64,000 nt of DNA, from NCBI GenBank assembly GCA_048882325.1, contig JBHLRS010000007.1, positions 1 to 64,000 of the forward strand, in the 5' to 3' direction. A program made the translations under genes and the position numbers. Positions 47,040 to 57,038 of the stretch are shown piece after piece. The notes beneath the pieces were generated by a model, which saw only the letters and a program-made list of their open reading frames with translations, did no database searches and was not told the DNA's origin. Each line of letters begins with the position of its first letter. The first letter of the stretch is position 1. The DNA comes from Candidatus Thorarchaeota archaeon (lineage in GTDB: Archaea; Asgardarchaeota; Thorarchaeia; Thorarchaeales; Thorarchaeaceae).

Positions 47040-47992
47040 ACGAGTCCTTTCTTTCGTAAGAAAAGAAGCAACGGGATAGTTATGAAGAGACTTCCAATCA
47101 TGATTGCGGCGAAGGCCAGTGGATCGGTTTGAATTGGTAGGTCAACATTCATACCGTAGATGCTAGCAATCAATGTTGGAACACTGACCAGCAAGGAGAT
47201 TGATGTGAGGGTCTTGATAACACGGTTCAGATTATGGTTGACAATACTGTCATACGCACTCATCGCGTTAGCAATTAGTTCCCTATAGATAGCTGAGAGC
47301 TCTACTTGCTGTTGAAGATCAACCTCGAGTTCCTCAAGGCGATCCACATCGAGAATCATCCGACCTAATACATTGAACCTCTTAAGCCGGCGGAGAACCT
47401 TCATGTTTGCTTTGAGTGAGGTTTCCATGAAGATTGCGTCACGAGAGAGTTGGAAAAACCACTCAAGTTGAGAGGGGTAGATTTCACGCATGATTACATC
47501 TTCTGTCTTGTTAATGGTTTCCTCAATGAGATCGAGTGTGTGCTCGAAGGCGTGGATAATAACCTCAAGCCATCGATAGATAACTTCAGCTGCAGTTGTC
47601 CCAAGCTGTATTTTCTTCCGGAGTCGCGTCTTCCGTAATGGAACCTCTTCGTTCTGAATGACAATGATGTCCCGACCATTCGTGAAGATACCAATGGGAT
47701 TGGTCGAATACTCTCTCTCCTCGATGCGAATGTCCAGAGGAACACGAAAGACCATCATTGTGAACTTGTCTTCAATCTGTAGCCGAGGTCTCTCATCAAG
47801 GTCCTGTACATCCTGAAGGTCCTCTAAATCAATCTCAAAATGTTGGGAAATCCTTGCAAGGTCATTAGGTCGAATTCCAATAATTTCTATGAGCAACGGT
47901 TCATCAGGGGCATCCTCTAAGGTGGCATACTTTATTCCACTCTCCAATGCCATGATGGAGATACTTCCATTCTCTACTGTGTCGCTGCTCAT
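47036..47992 (-). CDS. corA: CorA-family Mg2+/divalent cation transporter
   Basis: DLDERPRL, LNRVIKTLT, PTLIASIYGMNV signature, two C-terminal TMs. ATG 47992 follows GAGGTGG. Confidence 0.93.
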   Translation of the reverse strand: MSSDTVENGSISIMALESGIKYATLEDAPDEPLLIEIIGIRPNDLARISQHFEIDLEDLQDVQDLDERPRLQIEDKFTMMVFRVPLDIRIEEREYSTNPIGIFTNGRDIIVIQNEEVPLRKTRLRKKIQLGTTAAEVIYRWLEVIIHAFEHTLDLIEETINKTEDVIMREIYPSQLEWFFQLSRDAIFMETSLKANMKVLRRLKRFNVLGRMILDVDRLEELEVDLQQQVELSAIYRELIANAMSAYDSIVNHNLNRVIKTLTSISLLVSVPTLIASIYGMNVDLPIQTDPLAFAAIMIGSLFITIPLLLFLRKKGLV

Positions 47993-48072
47993 ATGATCCA
48001 CCTCGGTTGGGGGGATGTTCTTCGTCCATTGATGATAGCCTGCCTGAAGCGGGTATTTTCTCTGAGTCTCAT
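47989..48072 (-). CDS. Putative 27-aa leader peptide upstream of corA (MRLRENTRFRQAIINGRRTSPQPRWII)
   Basis: Translated manually. Its TGA overlaps the corA ATG (ATGA), and its ATG lies about 21-26 nt downstream of an AAAACCCTAAAA promoter-like element. Confidence 0.4.
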   Translation of the reverse strand: MRLRENTRFRQAIINGRRTSPQPRWII

Positions 48073-48199
48073 TTGATTTTGACGTAACTGCCTTTTAGGG
48101 TTTTGTCATACGCGAAAATTCCCAATGAGATTGTGTGTCACCTGACACCACAAGAGTAATGTCGTGGATAGACCCCAAGATACCATTGGAGGTTTAGAA

Positions 48200-50275
48200 T
48201 TGAGGAGGAAGTTGAGATTAGGTCTTTACTGGACTGTTGGAATCCTGATTGTTTCTATGCTTTCAACGGCTCCAGCAACATCAGATATCATTCCTTCTCA
48301 AGTGGATTTGGACGATGGATTATTCATCGATAAGATTGTTTACAAAGTGATAGCAAGCCAGGATCAGAGGGTTCTCGCACTCCAAGCTGGGGAGATCGAA
48401 ATGGACGCCAGCTTCTTTTATCCAGTTAACTACCCAGCATTGAGTGGAGATCCTGATATTGACATTGCAGAAACACTAAGGAATGGATATGGTCACATCT
48501 CATTCAATTGTGGTAGGTATCCAATGAATATCAGTGCATTCAGAAGGGCTTTTGCTTTCGCATTCGACAAGAACAAGGTTACAGATGAGGTAATGAATGG
48601 ATATTCGAAAACCCATGATTCTATAGTGCCATATTCAAATCCAATGTGTATAGAAGACGAGCTAGAATGGCATTACTATGACGCTAGACCAGATATTGGG
48701 AATGCAATTCTAGATGACATCGGATTTCCCATAAGCAATACAACGGGCGTGAGACAGTATCCAGATGGTTCACCCATTAGACTGGTCATATTGAGTTCTG
48801 GGATAGGTAATGATGTAGCAGATATTGCAATAGAGGCTTTTCAAGAACTTCACATCAACGCCACTCGAACAGGACCAATGTGTTGTGAAACGTATTATGA
48901 TATGTATTTCTCTGTAGAGAATTATCCTAGTAACGACTTGTCTTGGCTTGCTACTGAGTACTGGTCTGAGAATGCAGATGAGTATGTAAACGATTGGCCA
49001 ATAAATCCTACACAATTCAGAAACTCAACATTTGATTCATGGAGAGATCAGCTACTACACGGAACAAGTTTTGATGAGGTTTCCGAGGCTGCTGCTGAGA
49101 TGCAGAAGATATTGCACTACAACGTCCCTAGGCTTGTGGTGTATCAGGATATCTACCTTCAGGCATACCGTAATGACGTATTTACAGGTCATATAGATGA
49201 TGAATTACCAATCACAAACCCATGGACAATGCTTAAGATTCACAAACTTGATGGTTCATCTGGAGGTACAGTTCCAATCGCAATTCCTGCTGTACCAGAA
49301 GATCTCAATTTCTTCCACACAATAGGGGGACCAAAATGGGAACTCCTTGAAAATCTCCATCTTTCACTTTACACACCAGGACCTGACCTTGAGCCATATC
49401 CACGTTTGGCATCATCTGTTATTATTGAAACTCATTCCGACAATCAAGCTGTAGCAGCGGGACATACCCGTTTCACGTTTGATATTGTGAATTATAGAAA
49501 ATGGGCTACCGACCAACCAGTGACAGCTGAGGACGTTGCTTTCACATTCAATTATCTCATTGAAAGCAGACTTTTTGGTAATCCTCTGAGCGAAGATTTG
49601 GATAGTCTTGTGGCGGCTTATGCACCAACTCCTGATAAGGCAGTCATTGAGTTCAATTCAGAGTCTTACTGGCACTTCTTCCGGATTGCTTATCTATACA
49701 TCTTGCCGAAGCAAGCGTTCACCTTGGAACCAGCAGCGTGGGAAAGCTGGAATCCTGGATTCAATTCCAGTCAACCAGTTCTCAACTGCGGCCCTTTCGA
49801 GTTTACTGACTATGAAGAAGGAGAATTTTATGAATTGTCAACAAATCCGGATTATGGTCGTGCTGGAGTTGTAGATCAGCTCGAGATAGGCATTATACCT
49901 GCTTTCGATATCGTACGCCCCTTTAGTTTCTCTGGATTTAACATAACTTGGGAGTTAGATTGGCACTCAGGTCACGCGCAGTACACAGCCCTCGACTACA
50001 CCGTGTTTCTTGATGGTGAGGAATATGTGACTGGAATACATGTGTTTGATTATGGCATGGGTTTCTCCCTTACAATTGAAGTCAACTCATTACCCCCAGG
50101 TAGGTATAATTTCACTCTCATGTTGGAGGAAGTCCAAGGAGGATACGAAACAGATACGGTAATGGTCACAATTAGAATCACAGAAGCTCAGATAATCTCA
50201 ATGGCAAGTGTTCCAATCATTATCATTTTAAGCGTCCTCATCATCAGAAGGATATGGCACTCACACAGTGACTAA
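48200..50275 (+). CDS. ABC-type solute-binding protein family 5 (permuted archaeal type) with C-terminal Ig-like domain and TM anchor
   Basis: ALQAGEIE, FRRAFAFAFDK, W..DQPVTAEDVAFTF, GPFEF; C-terminal TM. Likely TTG start at 48200 after GGAGG. Confidence 0.85.
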   Translation: MRRKLRLGLYWTVGILIVSMLSTAPATSDIIPSQVDLDDGLFIDKIVYKVIASQDQRVLALQAGEIEMDASFFYPVNYPALSGDPDIDIAETLRNGYGHISFNCGRYPMNISAFRRAFAFAFDKNKVTDEVMNGYSKTHDSIVPYSNPMCIEDELEWHYYDARPDIGNAILDDIGFPISNTTGVRQYPDGSPIRLVILSSGIGNDVADIAIEAFQELHINATRTGPMCCETYYDMYFSVENYPSNDLSWLATEYWSENADEYVNDWPINPTQFRNSTFDSWRDQLLHGTSFDEVSEAAAEMQKILHYNVPRLVVYQDIYLQAYRNDVFTGHIDDELPITNPWTMLKIHKLDGSSGGTVPIAIPAVPEDLNFFHTIGGPKWELLENLHLSLYTPGPDLEPYPRLASSVIIETHSDNQAVAAGHTRFTFDIVNYRKWATDQPVTAEDVAFTFNYLIESRLFGNPLSEDLDSLVAAYAPTPDKAVIEFNSESYWHFFRIAYLYILPKQAFTLEPAAWESWNPGFNSSQPVLNCGPFEFTDYEEGEFYELSTNPDYGRAGVVDQLEIGIIPAFDIVRPFSFSGFNITWELDWHSGHAQYTALDYTVFLDGEEYVTGIHVFDYGMGFSLTIEVNSLPPGRYNFTLMLEEVQGGYETDTVMVTIRITEAQIISMASVPIIIILSVLIIRRIWHSHSD

Positions 50276-51585
50276 ATGATGACACTCTCTACTTCAACAT
50301 CTCTATCCTTGATGCTAAGTGTTTTGGAGGGTATCCTCTTTCCGCCAAAGAGTTCAGCCTCAGCCTCACCTCTATAGAGAGCATCCGCAATTCGTCCCAT
50401 AGCATCTGCTTTCATGATCCCAGACCCACTCGCACCGTTGACCACAAGTACTCCACTGTCAAGCCAGACAAATGGAATCCTATCGGGACTATAGTTGTAC
50501 CCTCCTGCCCAGCTGTTAACAGGTCTAGCCCCTTGGAAGGCTGGGAAATATTTCGATAGAACAGGATACATGCTGTTCTCATAGTAGGCACTCTCTGGGA
50601 CCATGTCTTCATCAGTCTGTATGTACTTGTATTCACGACCCACCTTATCGCCGCAACCCACCCAGAACCCGCGCTCCTGGAGCTGAGGTCTGAAGTAGAC
50701 ACCCGCAGATGGTAAGATAGTGAATGGAATGCAGCCAAGCTCGTTGAAGCCTTTGACTTCCAAAAGCGCCTGCAAATCCTCTTTATCCTCAGCATGAATG
50801 ACGAACAGTTGGCGCTTCTTCCCTTTGGTCATACTATCCATGCCAATTGGATCTAGGAGTTCGTTTGTCCAAGTCCCGGTCGCAAGGACAACCACATCTG
50901 CCCTCAGGGGTCCCTTGTCCGTTATGACACCGTTCACCTTTTTCTTCTGCCAGACAAAGGGCTCACCAGGAACGTCCAACTTGGGATCAGCCTCAAGTAT
51001 GAGTTTCTCAACCTCTACACCGAACCGAGGTTTGACATGCGATAGCTTGGTGAACTCTTCAAAGTAGTGCTCGACAAGTCTTGTTGGATCCAATACTCCA
51101 CAATCAGCACCAAAGAGACCGTACGCCACCTCTTTAAGGTTCATGAGTTCAGCCTCTTCATCCCCGGCAAAGTCTACATTGAGACCTGGAATCATCTTCT
51201 TTAGTTCTTCTTTGTTGTAGACCTTATAGCTGATTCCGGACTTCTTCATCCGCTCCATCCAGACTTTCACACTTTCATGGTGGAACTGCTCTTCTCCAAG
51301 CAGCCAGAGATATCCAGTCTTCTCAAAATAGAGGTTATGTCCAAGTTCATTCTGAACATGTTCAAAGTATTTGATGGAAGTGTCAGTGAGTAGCTGATTT
51401 GTAGAAGATGCAAACATGTTTCGAACAGCTGCTGCACTCATAGCTGTGTTAGCCTGTCCAGGCGCGAGAGTTCGCTCAACAAGCAGTATTTTCTTGTCAG
51501 GGCTATTCTTCTGCAAATAATATGCAGTCGCGACACCTAGACAACCTGCACCAACTACAATGACGTCAAAGGTCTCTTCGCTCAA
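50272..51585 (-). CDS. FAD-dependent oxidoreductase, DAO / sarcosine oxidase beta / proline dehydrogenase-like family
   Basis: DVIVVGAGCLGVATAYYL, GVITDKG..ADVVVLATGTW, WAGGY.YSPD, GSGIMKA. Likely TTG start at 51585 after GGTGA. Confidence 0.9.
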   Translation of the reverse strand: MSEETFDVIVVGAGCLGVATAYYLQKNSPDKKILLVERTLAPGQANTAMSAAAVRNMFASSTNQLLTDTSIKYFEHVQNELGHNLYFEKTGYLWLLGEEQFHHESVKVWMERMKKSGISYKVYNKEELKKMIPGLNVDFAGDEEAELMNLKEVAYGLFGADCGVLDPTRLVEHYFEEFTKLSHVKPRFGVEVEKLILEADPKLDVPGEPFVWQKKKVNGVITDKGPLRADVVVLATGTWTNELLDPIGMDSMTKGKKRQLFVIHAEDKEDLQALLEVKGFNELGCIPFTILPSAGVYFRPQLQERGFWVGCGDKVGREYKYIQTDEDMVPESAYYENSMYPVLSKYFPAFQGARPVNSWAGGYNYSPDRIPFVWLDSGVLVVNGASGSGIMKADAMGRIADALYRGEAEAELFGGKRIPSKTLSIKDRDVEVESVII

Positions 51586-51747
51586 GAAAGAATCACCATG
51601 TAGGACGCGAGGAAATTCATGGTCCTCTAAAACTTTTTTCTTTAGCCTGCGTTTCCTCATTTTCCTAGTTGAAATGAGAGAAGTATTATACAATGAATCT
51701 GAAGTTGATTTTTAAAACAAAACAACGCATGTGTGAGAGTGGATGCA

Positions 51748-52815
51748 ATGAAGAAGACACGCCACCTCCTCTCATTGATACTTGTCATGAGTTTAGCCTT
51801 GGGAAACATAGAGGCGGTTATGCTGCTACCTGAAACTTATGGCTTGCGTTATAATCATCAAGAATCACAGACTTCTGAACATCCCCCATTTCAACCCCCT
51901 GCATTAAATGCAAGCAAGCAAGACTCAGGTTCTATTTTCATAAACGGTCAAGAGATTTTCTGGAGTTATTTCTCTCCAAATACATCGATAATTCAACCTC
52001 GAGATTTTGGTTTTTCCTTTGAAATCTGGTGGAATAATCCAGATCCCAACATTTCGATTGTAGTTGAACTTTCAGATAACGAAGGAGGAGCAAATTCGAC
52101 CGAAACTTTCGAAACTTTAGGAAGCTATGAGAAAGTTCTGGAAACACAAGAAGGTGATTTCATCCAATATGCGATTTGGATGAATACAACATACTTTTTC
52201 GCGAACGAAACATGGTCTACATTTGGGAATGAATCCATTGATGTTGAGGATCTGAATCTCACAGTTGGAATTCAACATTTCACCTACTTCCCGATATTTG
52301 AGTATTCAATCCTACGGGACTCTGGAGGTCCAACCCTGCAAATTATCCATCCTACCTATGATGAAATAAGAAGCGAAATAGTGCTTGATTCATTCAATAT
52401 CAGCTTTGATATAGTCGTAACTGATTTGAGTAAGATAGAGTATGCCGCTTTGGTCGCTACATTTGTGAACCAAACGACCTTTGAACCTGATGAGATGGTC
52501 ATGTGGGGAACTGGGAATATTGAGAATGGAACAGGTCAGAAAGTCTATGTACCATCCTTAATCACAGAAAAAATTGTAATTGACTCAGGAGGGATGCTAG
52601 ATATTGACACAACTTCAATTACTACATATTTCAGTATTCTTGATAGTTTCGGATATGAAACCAGAAAGAGATTGAATATCATTATAGAATTGCCACAGAC
52701 TACCTCAACAACAGCTCCCACTACAACAAGTGAAAGTCTGGGCCCTCTGATACCTGTCGTGGGTGTTCTTTCGATAGTGGGAGTAATTGTCATTCTTCTG
52801 AGGAGTAAAAGATAA
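51748..52815 (+). CDS. Secreted, membrane-anchored hypothetical protein
   Basis: Signal peptide, beta-rich body with many NxS/T sequons, Thr-rich linker, TM, RSKR. Confidence 0.75.
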   Translation: MKKTRHLLSLILVMSLALGNIEAVMLLPETYGLRYNHQESQTSEHPPFQPPALNASKQDSGSIFINGQEIFWSYFSPNTSIIQPRDFGFSFEIWWNNPDPNISIVVELSDNEGGANSTETFETLGSYEKVLETQEGDFIQYAIWMNTTYFFANETWSTFGNESIDVEDLNLTVGIQHFTYFPIFEYSILRDSGGPTLQIIHPTYDEIRSEIVLDSFNISFDIVVTDLSKIEYAALVATFVNQTTFEPDEMVMWGTGNIENGTGQKVYVPSLITEKIVIDSGGMLDIDTTSITTYFSILDSFGYETRKRLNIIIELPQTTSTTAPTTTSESLGPLIPVVGVLSIVGVIVILLRSKR

Positions 52816-52824
52816 GGTTCTAGT

Positions 52825-53637
52825 TTGGGCACCACAAGTGTCATAAGCAAATCCAAGGTCAGCGCCAAGCCGGAGTGGAGAAAACTGACATCTTCTGATG
52901 AACAAGAAATGGATCTTGTTGAAACTAAAGGAGATACCCGAATAGTTTCAGTAGGAGTGATATTGGTAGGTCTGTTTGTAATTTTAGCAATCATACCTAT
53001 GAGTACCTTCATCGGAGCTGGTGGAGTTGTTAGTGCTCTCAGTTTTGCCGTGTGCATAACTCCGCTCTTTGGAATAATATTAGGTAGCAGGAGAGGACTA
53101 GCATATGGAGCTATTGCAGGGATTCTAGGAACCCTTGTCCTTCTTCCTTTTGGAGGAGGTGTGTTTCTATTTCTCCCCCCCACTATTGTTGGTCCAGCAA
53201 TATCAGGTCTATTCACAGGTTTGTTGTTTAGAAAAGACACGAAATTTGGACCAACTTTGACAGCGGCGTATCTAGTTCTAATCATTGTCATCTTTGAGCT
53301 GTTCAAGTTTGAAGCTTGGTGGTTTATGACACCGTACATGCTAGCCGCTATACTTGCTTTTGGCCTTCAAGTAAAAACCATAGAATTCAGAACGGGTCAG
53401 ACAGGATTCAACAGATATCTTCAGCTAATACCGTTTACCTTCATCGGAGCAATGCTTGACCATTCAATGATGGCTATGGGCTCAGTGTTCCTACTTGACC
53501 TACCACCTGTGGGTATTGGGTTTACATTCGAACTCATCTTCCCACTGATGGTGCTTGAGAGAATCGTAGCTACAATTCTTGCTGCGGTTGTTGGTTATAT
53601 TGTACTCGAATACTTTGGTGACGAAATTGGCCTTTGA
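52825..53637 (+). CDS. Multi-pass membrane protein, possible ECF S-component-like
   Basis: Multiple TMs; PLFGIILG..RGLAYGAIAG motif; ERIVAT near the C-terminus. Confidence 0.6.
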   Translation: MGTTSVISKSKVSAKPEWRKLTSSDEQEMDLVETKGDTRIVSVGVILVGLFVILAIIPMSTFIGAGGVVSALSFAVCITPLFGIILGSRRGLAYGAIAGILGTLVLLPFGGGVFLFLPPTIVGPAISGLFTGLLFRKDTKFGPTLTAAYLVLIIVIFELFKFEAWWFMTPYMLAAILAFGLQVKTIEFRTGQTGFNRYLQLIPFTFIGAMLDHSMMAMGSVFLLDLPPVGIGFTFELIFPLMVLERIVATILAAVVGYIVLEYFGDEIGL

Positions 53638-53648
53638 TTCCAAAAATA

Positions 53649-54257
53649 CTATGATAGATTTCTGATAATGACGTTAAGTGCCTCAACTTGCAACTCGAGA
53701 GGCATAGTCGCCATCGACATGATGTCTTTCTCTATGGCTTGATACGGAAGAGGTGGTAAATGAATGAATGTGGCCTTTGTGTCAAATGGCTCTTTTTCAA
53801 TCATATCCATCACATTGTAGAGTATCCAATTGCAACCGTAGAGACCTGCGTGATAACTCACAAGAGCTGGAATACCTTCCTCTAAGAGTGCATTGACCAA
53901 TGGAATTGGATCGATGTTGGCAAAATAGGCTACTGGACCATCATATTCAATGATGTCAGACTCAGGTATGTTCTCATAATTATCAGGACGTTTTGTAGAG
54001 ATAGCATTCACAGCTATACGCTCAATAGAGATAGCAGCTCGATTTGCCTGACCACAGCACAGAACATAGTCAGGTTTGTGTTTCTTGAGAGTTTCATAGA
54101 GCATGTTATGAGCGCTTTTATAGTCAAGAGGAAGAACCAGACCTGTGACGGAGAAATCATCAATTCTCGTGTCATCAAGAACCTTCACTAATTCTTCCGA
54201 AGGATTTACTGAGAATCCATCGAAAGGTTCGAATCCAGTAATGAGAACCTTTGGCAT
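53649..54257 (-). CDS. pcp: Pyroglutamyl-peptidase I (C15)
   Basis: VLITGFEPF..NPS, SIERIAVN (Glu), AGLYGCN (Cys), FIHLP (His). Confidence 0.93.
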   Translation of the reverse strand: MPKVLITGFEPFDGFSVNPSEELVKVLDDTRIDDFSVTGLVLPLDYKSAHNMLYETLKKHKPDYVLCCGQANRAAISIERIAVNAISTKRPDNYENIPESDIIEYDGPVAYFANIDPIPLVNALLEEGIPALVSYHAGLYGCNWILYNVMDMIEKEPFDTKATFIHLPPLPYQAIEKDIMSMATMPLELQVEALNVIIRNLS

Positions 54258-54322
54258 AGAAACACCACCGAGAGTTTGATTGTCTTCCTAAAGAGTACTA
54301 TATCCAACCTAAACTTTCCTAC

Positions 54323-55021
54323 TCAAGAGGTCCCTAAAAGAAGGCCGGGGAGAGCAAGCCAGATGAAGAAGACACCGAGTGCCACCTGAAATAGACCAAT
54401 TCCAATATTCAACAAATTGAGCCGTCCAGCCTTTGAATCAACCTGAGCCTTTTGGCTCCCGTATGTTGCTCCAACAGAGAGAAAAGCTCCAAAGAGGAAA
54501 TCTGTGGAGATATGTGTGAAATAGATCAATGTACCAGCTATGATTACAGCTCCCAGATTCCATTCTACACTTTCAAGTAGATATGTGATTGCAGTAAAAC
54601 CTGCAGCAATCCACCAGAGAAGGAAATAGGGTGAAAAGATACTAACAAGTGCTCCTTGAGTCGTTGCTTCGATGGCAGAAGATGCAGTAATTTCCTGTCT
54701 TGATGCGATACTCGACCCAACCTCTTCCTGTTTATTATCACGTAGAGCTACTAGGCCAAAAAGAATGATTATGAACCCACCAACTCCCATTAGAATATCA
54801 GTATAGGGATCCAAGGCAGCAGAATTAACACCTAGAATAATGGCGATTACTATCACTAACTCAACTAGTGAATGACCAAGCATTGGTAAAATACCATGAA
54901 GGCGTCCTCGTTTGCTTGCTTGTTGAACAACTGCTGCGGAGAGAGGACCAGGGGCAAGCGCTCCAGTAAGAGAAAGTCCAAACCATCCTGCAAGAACGAT
55001 GAAGACCTCAACAACGCCCAT
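54323..55021 (-). CDS. LysE-family translocator
   Basis: GLSLTGALAPGP, GHSLVE, SPYFLLWW. Confidence 0.88.
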   Translation of the reverse strand: MGVVEVFIVLAGWFGLSLTGALAPGPLSAAVVQQASKRGRLHGILPMLGHSLVELVIVIAIILGVNSAALDPYTDILMGVGGFIIILFGLVALRDNKQEEVGSSIASRQEITASSAIEATTQGALVSIFSPYFLLWWIAAGFTAITYLLESVEWNLGAVIIAGTLIYFTHISTDFLFGAFLSVGATYGSQKAQVDSKAGRLNLLNIGIGLFQVALGVFFIWLALPGLLLGTS

Positions 55022-55193
55022 TCTGTTTTCCTCTGCTTGTTTTGAATGTGAAATCAAAGAAAAGCTTGGTGCTTAATGCGCAAACAGTAAAGAACTGGTA
55101 TTATTTGTATTACAACTAGTAGAAAAATGCTTTGCCAGAAACCCTTAATAGCTTTCCAATGAAGCTGCGCGTTAACTCGGGAGCTGCGCTGGT

Positions 55194-56330
55194 TTGAAAC
55201 AGGTGCAAATCACTGTACCCTACGAAAAGACAGAGGCAGTGTTTGATTTTATTGTTGATGCTCTAGGTATCAACAACGTGACGAAAATGAACACTGACAA
55301 TGCTCACCTACTGCAATTTAGGATTCCAGATGCCCAGGTCAATGAGGCAATAGAGAAGCTGAAGAGCAGAGGCGTCGGTGTCGAATACGGATTCATCGAT
55401 ATTCTTGATCTCAAGGCAACACTTCCTCGAGAAACAGAAGAAGTTAGCGACACCAAGATTCAGAGAGATGCGACTCTTGCTGTCGAAGAGATATATGAAA
55501 ACGTCCACAAGCAGGCATCTCTTAGCTTCGATTTTATCGCATTCTCGATACTTGCAGCGGCAATGGCAGGTTTTGGTCTGATACAAAACAACACCACCGT
55601 TATAGTTGCATCAATGCTACTCTCACCACTCATGGGACCGATGTTGGGTGTGGCTCTTGGTTACGTTGTGAGAGATAGACAGCTATTTGTCAAAGGAACA
55701 GTAAATGAGCTCATCTCACTGGGTTTGTCTTTCACTGTTGGAATTGTAATGGCAATTCTGTTCTATATTGGTGGATCTGCGAATTTTGTCGCAGAGGTGG
55801 TAAGTCACATGAACCCGTCCGACCCAACAATAACCGAGATTACTCGTCGCGCGGGATTCTCTCTGATTGATGTCGGAGTTGCGTTGATTTCAGGACCAGC
55901 TGTTGCAGTTTCAGTAACTAAAGGTGACATGTCAAGTCTCGTTGGTGTTGCAATTTCAGCGGCGCTTATGCCTCCTGCGGTAAATGCTGCTTTGATGATT
56001 GCACTGGGAGCTTTTAATGCAGAATTTATTCTAATCAATATTGGAGTTGGTTCTCTTATGCTCTTGGCGATGAACATTATCCTTATCGACATATCAGCGA
56101 TTGTGATGTTCAGAATTAAGAAACTTACACCATTAGCAAATAGATCAGCCACCTGGACAGCTGTAACTCAATTCACAAAGACTCGTAGAGAGAGTCTCTA
56201 TCATACAACAAGACCGGAGCCTAATGGTGTTGCAACGTTTACTCCAGCTCCAACAACTGATGGTGGATCAGTAGAAACCAAAGAGGAAGAAACAGAGAAA
56301 GAGCCTGAGTCTACCAAAGATAATGGATGA
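55194..56330 (+). CDS. DUF389 / TIGR00341-family membrane protein
   Basis: GLIQNN..VIVASMLLSPLMGP, EITRR, LVGVAISAALMPP; upstream AAACCCTTAATA promoter-like element. Confidence 0.88.
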   Translation: MKQVQITVPYEKTEAVFDFIVDALGINNVTKMNTDNAHLLQFRIPDAQVNEAIEKLKSRGVGVEYGFIDILDLKATLPRETEEVSDTKIQRDATLAVEEIYENVHKQASLSFDFIAFSILAAAMAGFGLIQNNTTVIVASMLLSPLMGPMLGVALGYVVRDRQLFVKGTVNELISLGLSFTVGIVMAILFYIGGSANFVAEVVSHMNPSDPTITEITRRAGFSLIDVGVALISGPAVAVSVTKGDMSSLVGVAISAALMPPAVNAALMIALGAFNAEFILINIGVGSLMLLAMNIILIDISAIVMFRIKKLTPLANRSATWTAVTQFTKTRRESLYHTTRPEPNGVATFTPAPTTDGGSVETKEEETEKEPESTKDNG

Positions 56331-56461
56331 ACAACAGGTTTACAATTTCGCAAATCATAAGCTTTCAGAACCCATGATATTCAATTTGTAATGTCTAGGT
56401 ATCACAAGAGGATATAGTCTACATTTTGGTTAGAATGGTTAACTCTTACGGAGAATGAGAC

Positions 56462-56779
56462 ATGGGCGAACTCAAGAATAAATTGTTCAAAGGCCTTACT
56501 GAACATGACATACTGACCTGGGAAGAGGAAAAAATGCGCTATCAGCGAAAAATGGGAAGAAAAGTGACCGATCTTGAGTTCCTACGCTATTTATTGATGA
56601 AAGCTTCACGACCAGTCATCAAAACCAAGGATGGAGTTTCAACTGGGTTCCTCACAGGAAAAGGACCAATCCATGAAAAAGAGGACACGCTTTTAGAAAG
56701 ATATCGGGCTCAGGGATCAATGAATCCAGCTGGATTGGTGGACCAAAGACTCGCAGACCGAAGGAAAACTTCACCTTAG
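56462..56779 (+). CDS. Small hypothetical basic protein
   Basis: GGAG SD; helical segment KVTDLEFLRYLL, weakly RHH-like. Confidence 0.65.
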   Translation: MGELKNKLFKGLTEHDILTWEEEKMRYQRKMGRKVTDLEFLRYLLMKASRPVIKTKDGVSTGFLTGKGPIHEKEDTLLERYRAQGSMNPAGLVDQRLADRRKTSP

Positions 56780-56795
56780 ATTCTTGGTCATGTGC

Positions 56796-56838
56796 CAACC
56801 CTTAAATGCTAAGATACCAACTGGTACAATAGATGTAC
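56796..56838 (+). promoter_or_regulatory. Promoter-like AACCCTTAAAT plus palindrome GTACA-N5-TGTAC (56824-56838); candidate operator of the Phr-like regulator
   Basis: The palindrome overlaps the expected transcription start about 25 nt downstream of the TATA-like element. Confidence 0.5.
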
Positions 56839-56877
56839 TGAGTTGTTGTACATTTATGCCTTATTGGAGAAAACATA

Positions 56878-57015
56878 ATGGAAATGAATCAACAAGAAGA
56901 GATTTTTCCTGACTGGATGTCAACTTCAGGCATTGAGTTTTGGCAACCAGATGACCTCTATATTGAGTGGATCACTTTTCTCTATGGAATCTGGGAAAAA
57001 GTGGAATATCTCTAG
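56878..57015 (+). CDS. Small 45-aa acidic, Trp-rich protein (MEMNQQEEIFPDWMSTSGIEFWQPDDLYIEWITFLYGIWEKVEYL)
   Basis: Translated manually (below the ORF-track cutoff). GGAG SD; fills the gap between the promoter and the regulator gene. Confidence 0.55.
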   Translation: MEMNQQEEIFPDWMSTSGIEFWQPDDLYIEWITFLYGIWEKVEYL

Positions 57016-57038
57016 AAGACATGGAATGATGACAAAGG

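Noticed and set aside
52545-53339. 264-aa antisense ORF
   Set aside because: It is a shadow of two well-formed plus-strand genes. The same applies to 44176..44790, 44838..45173, 17408..18091 and other short antisense ORFs in the track.
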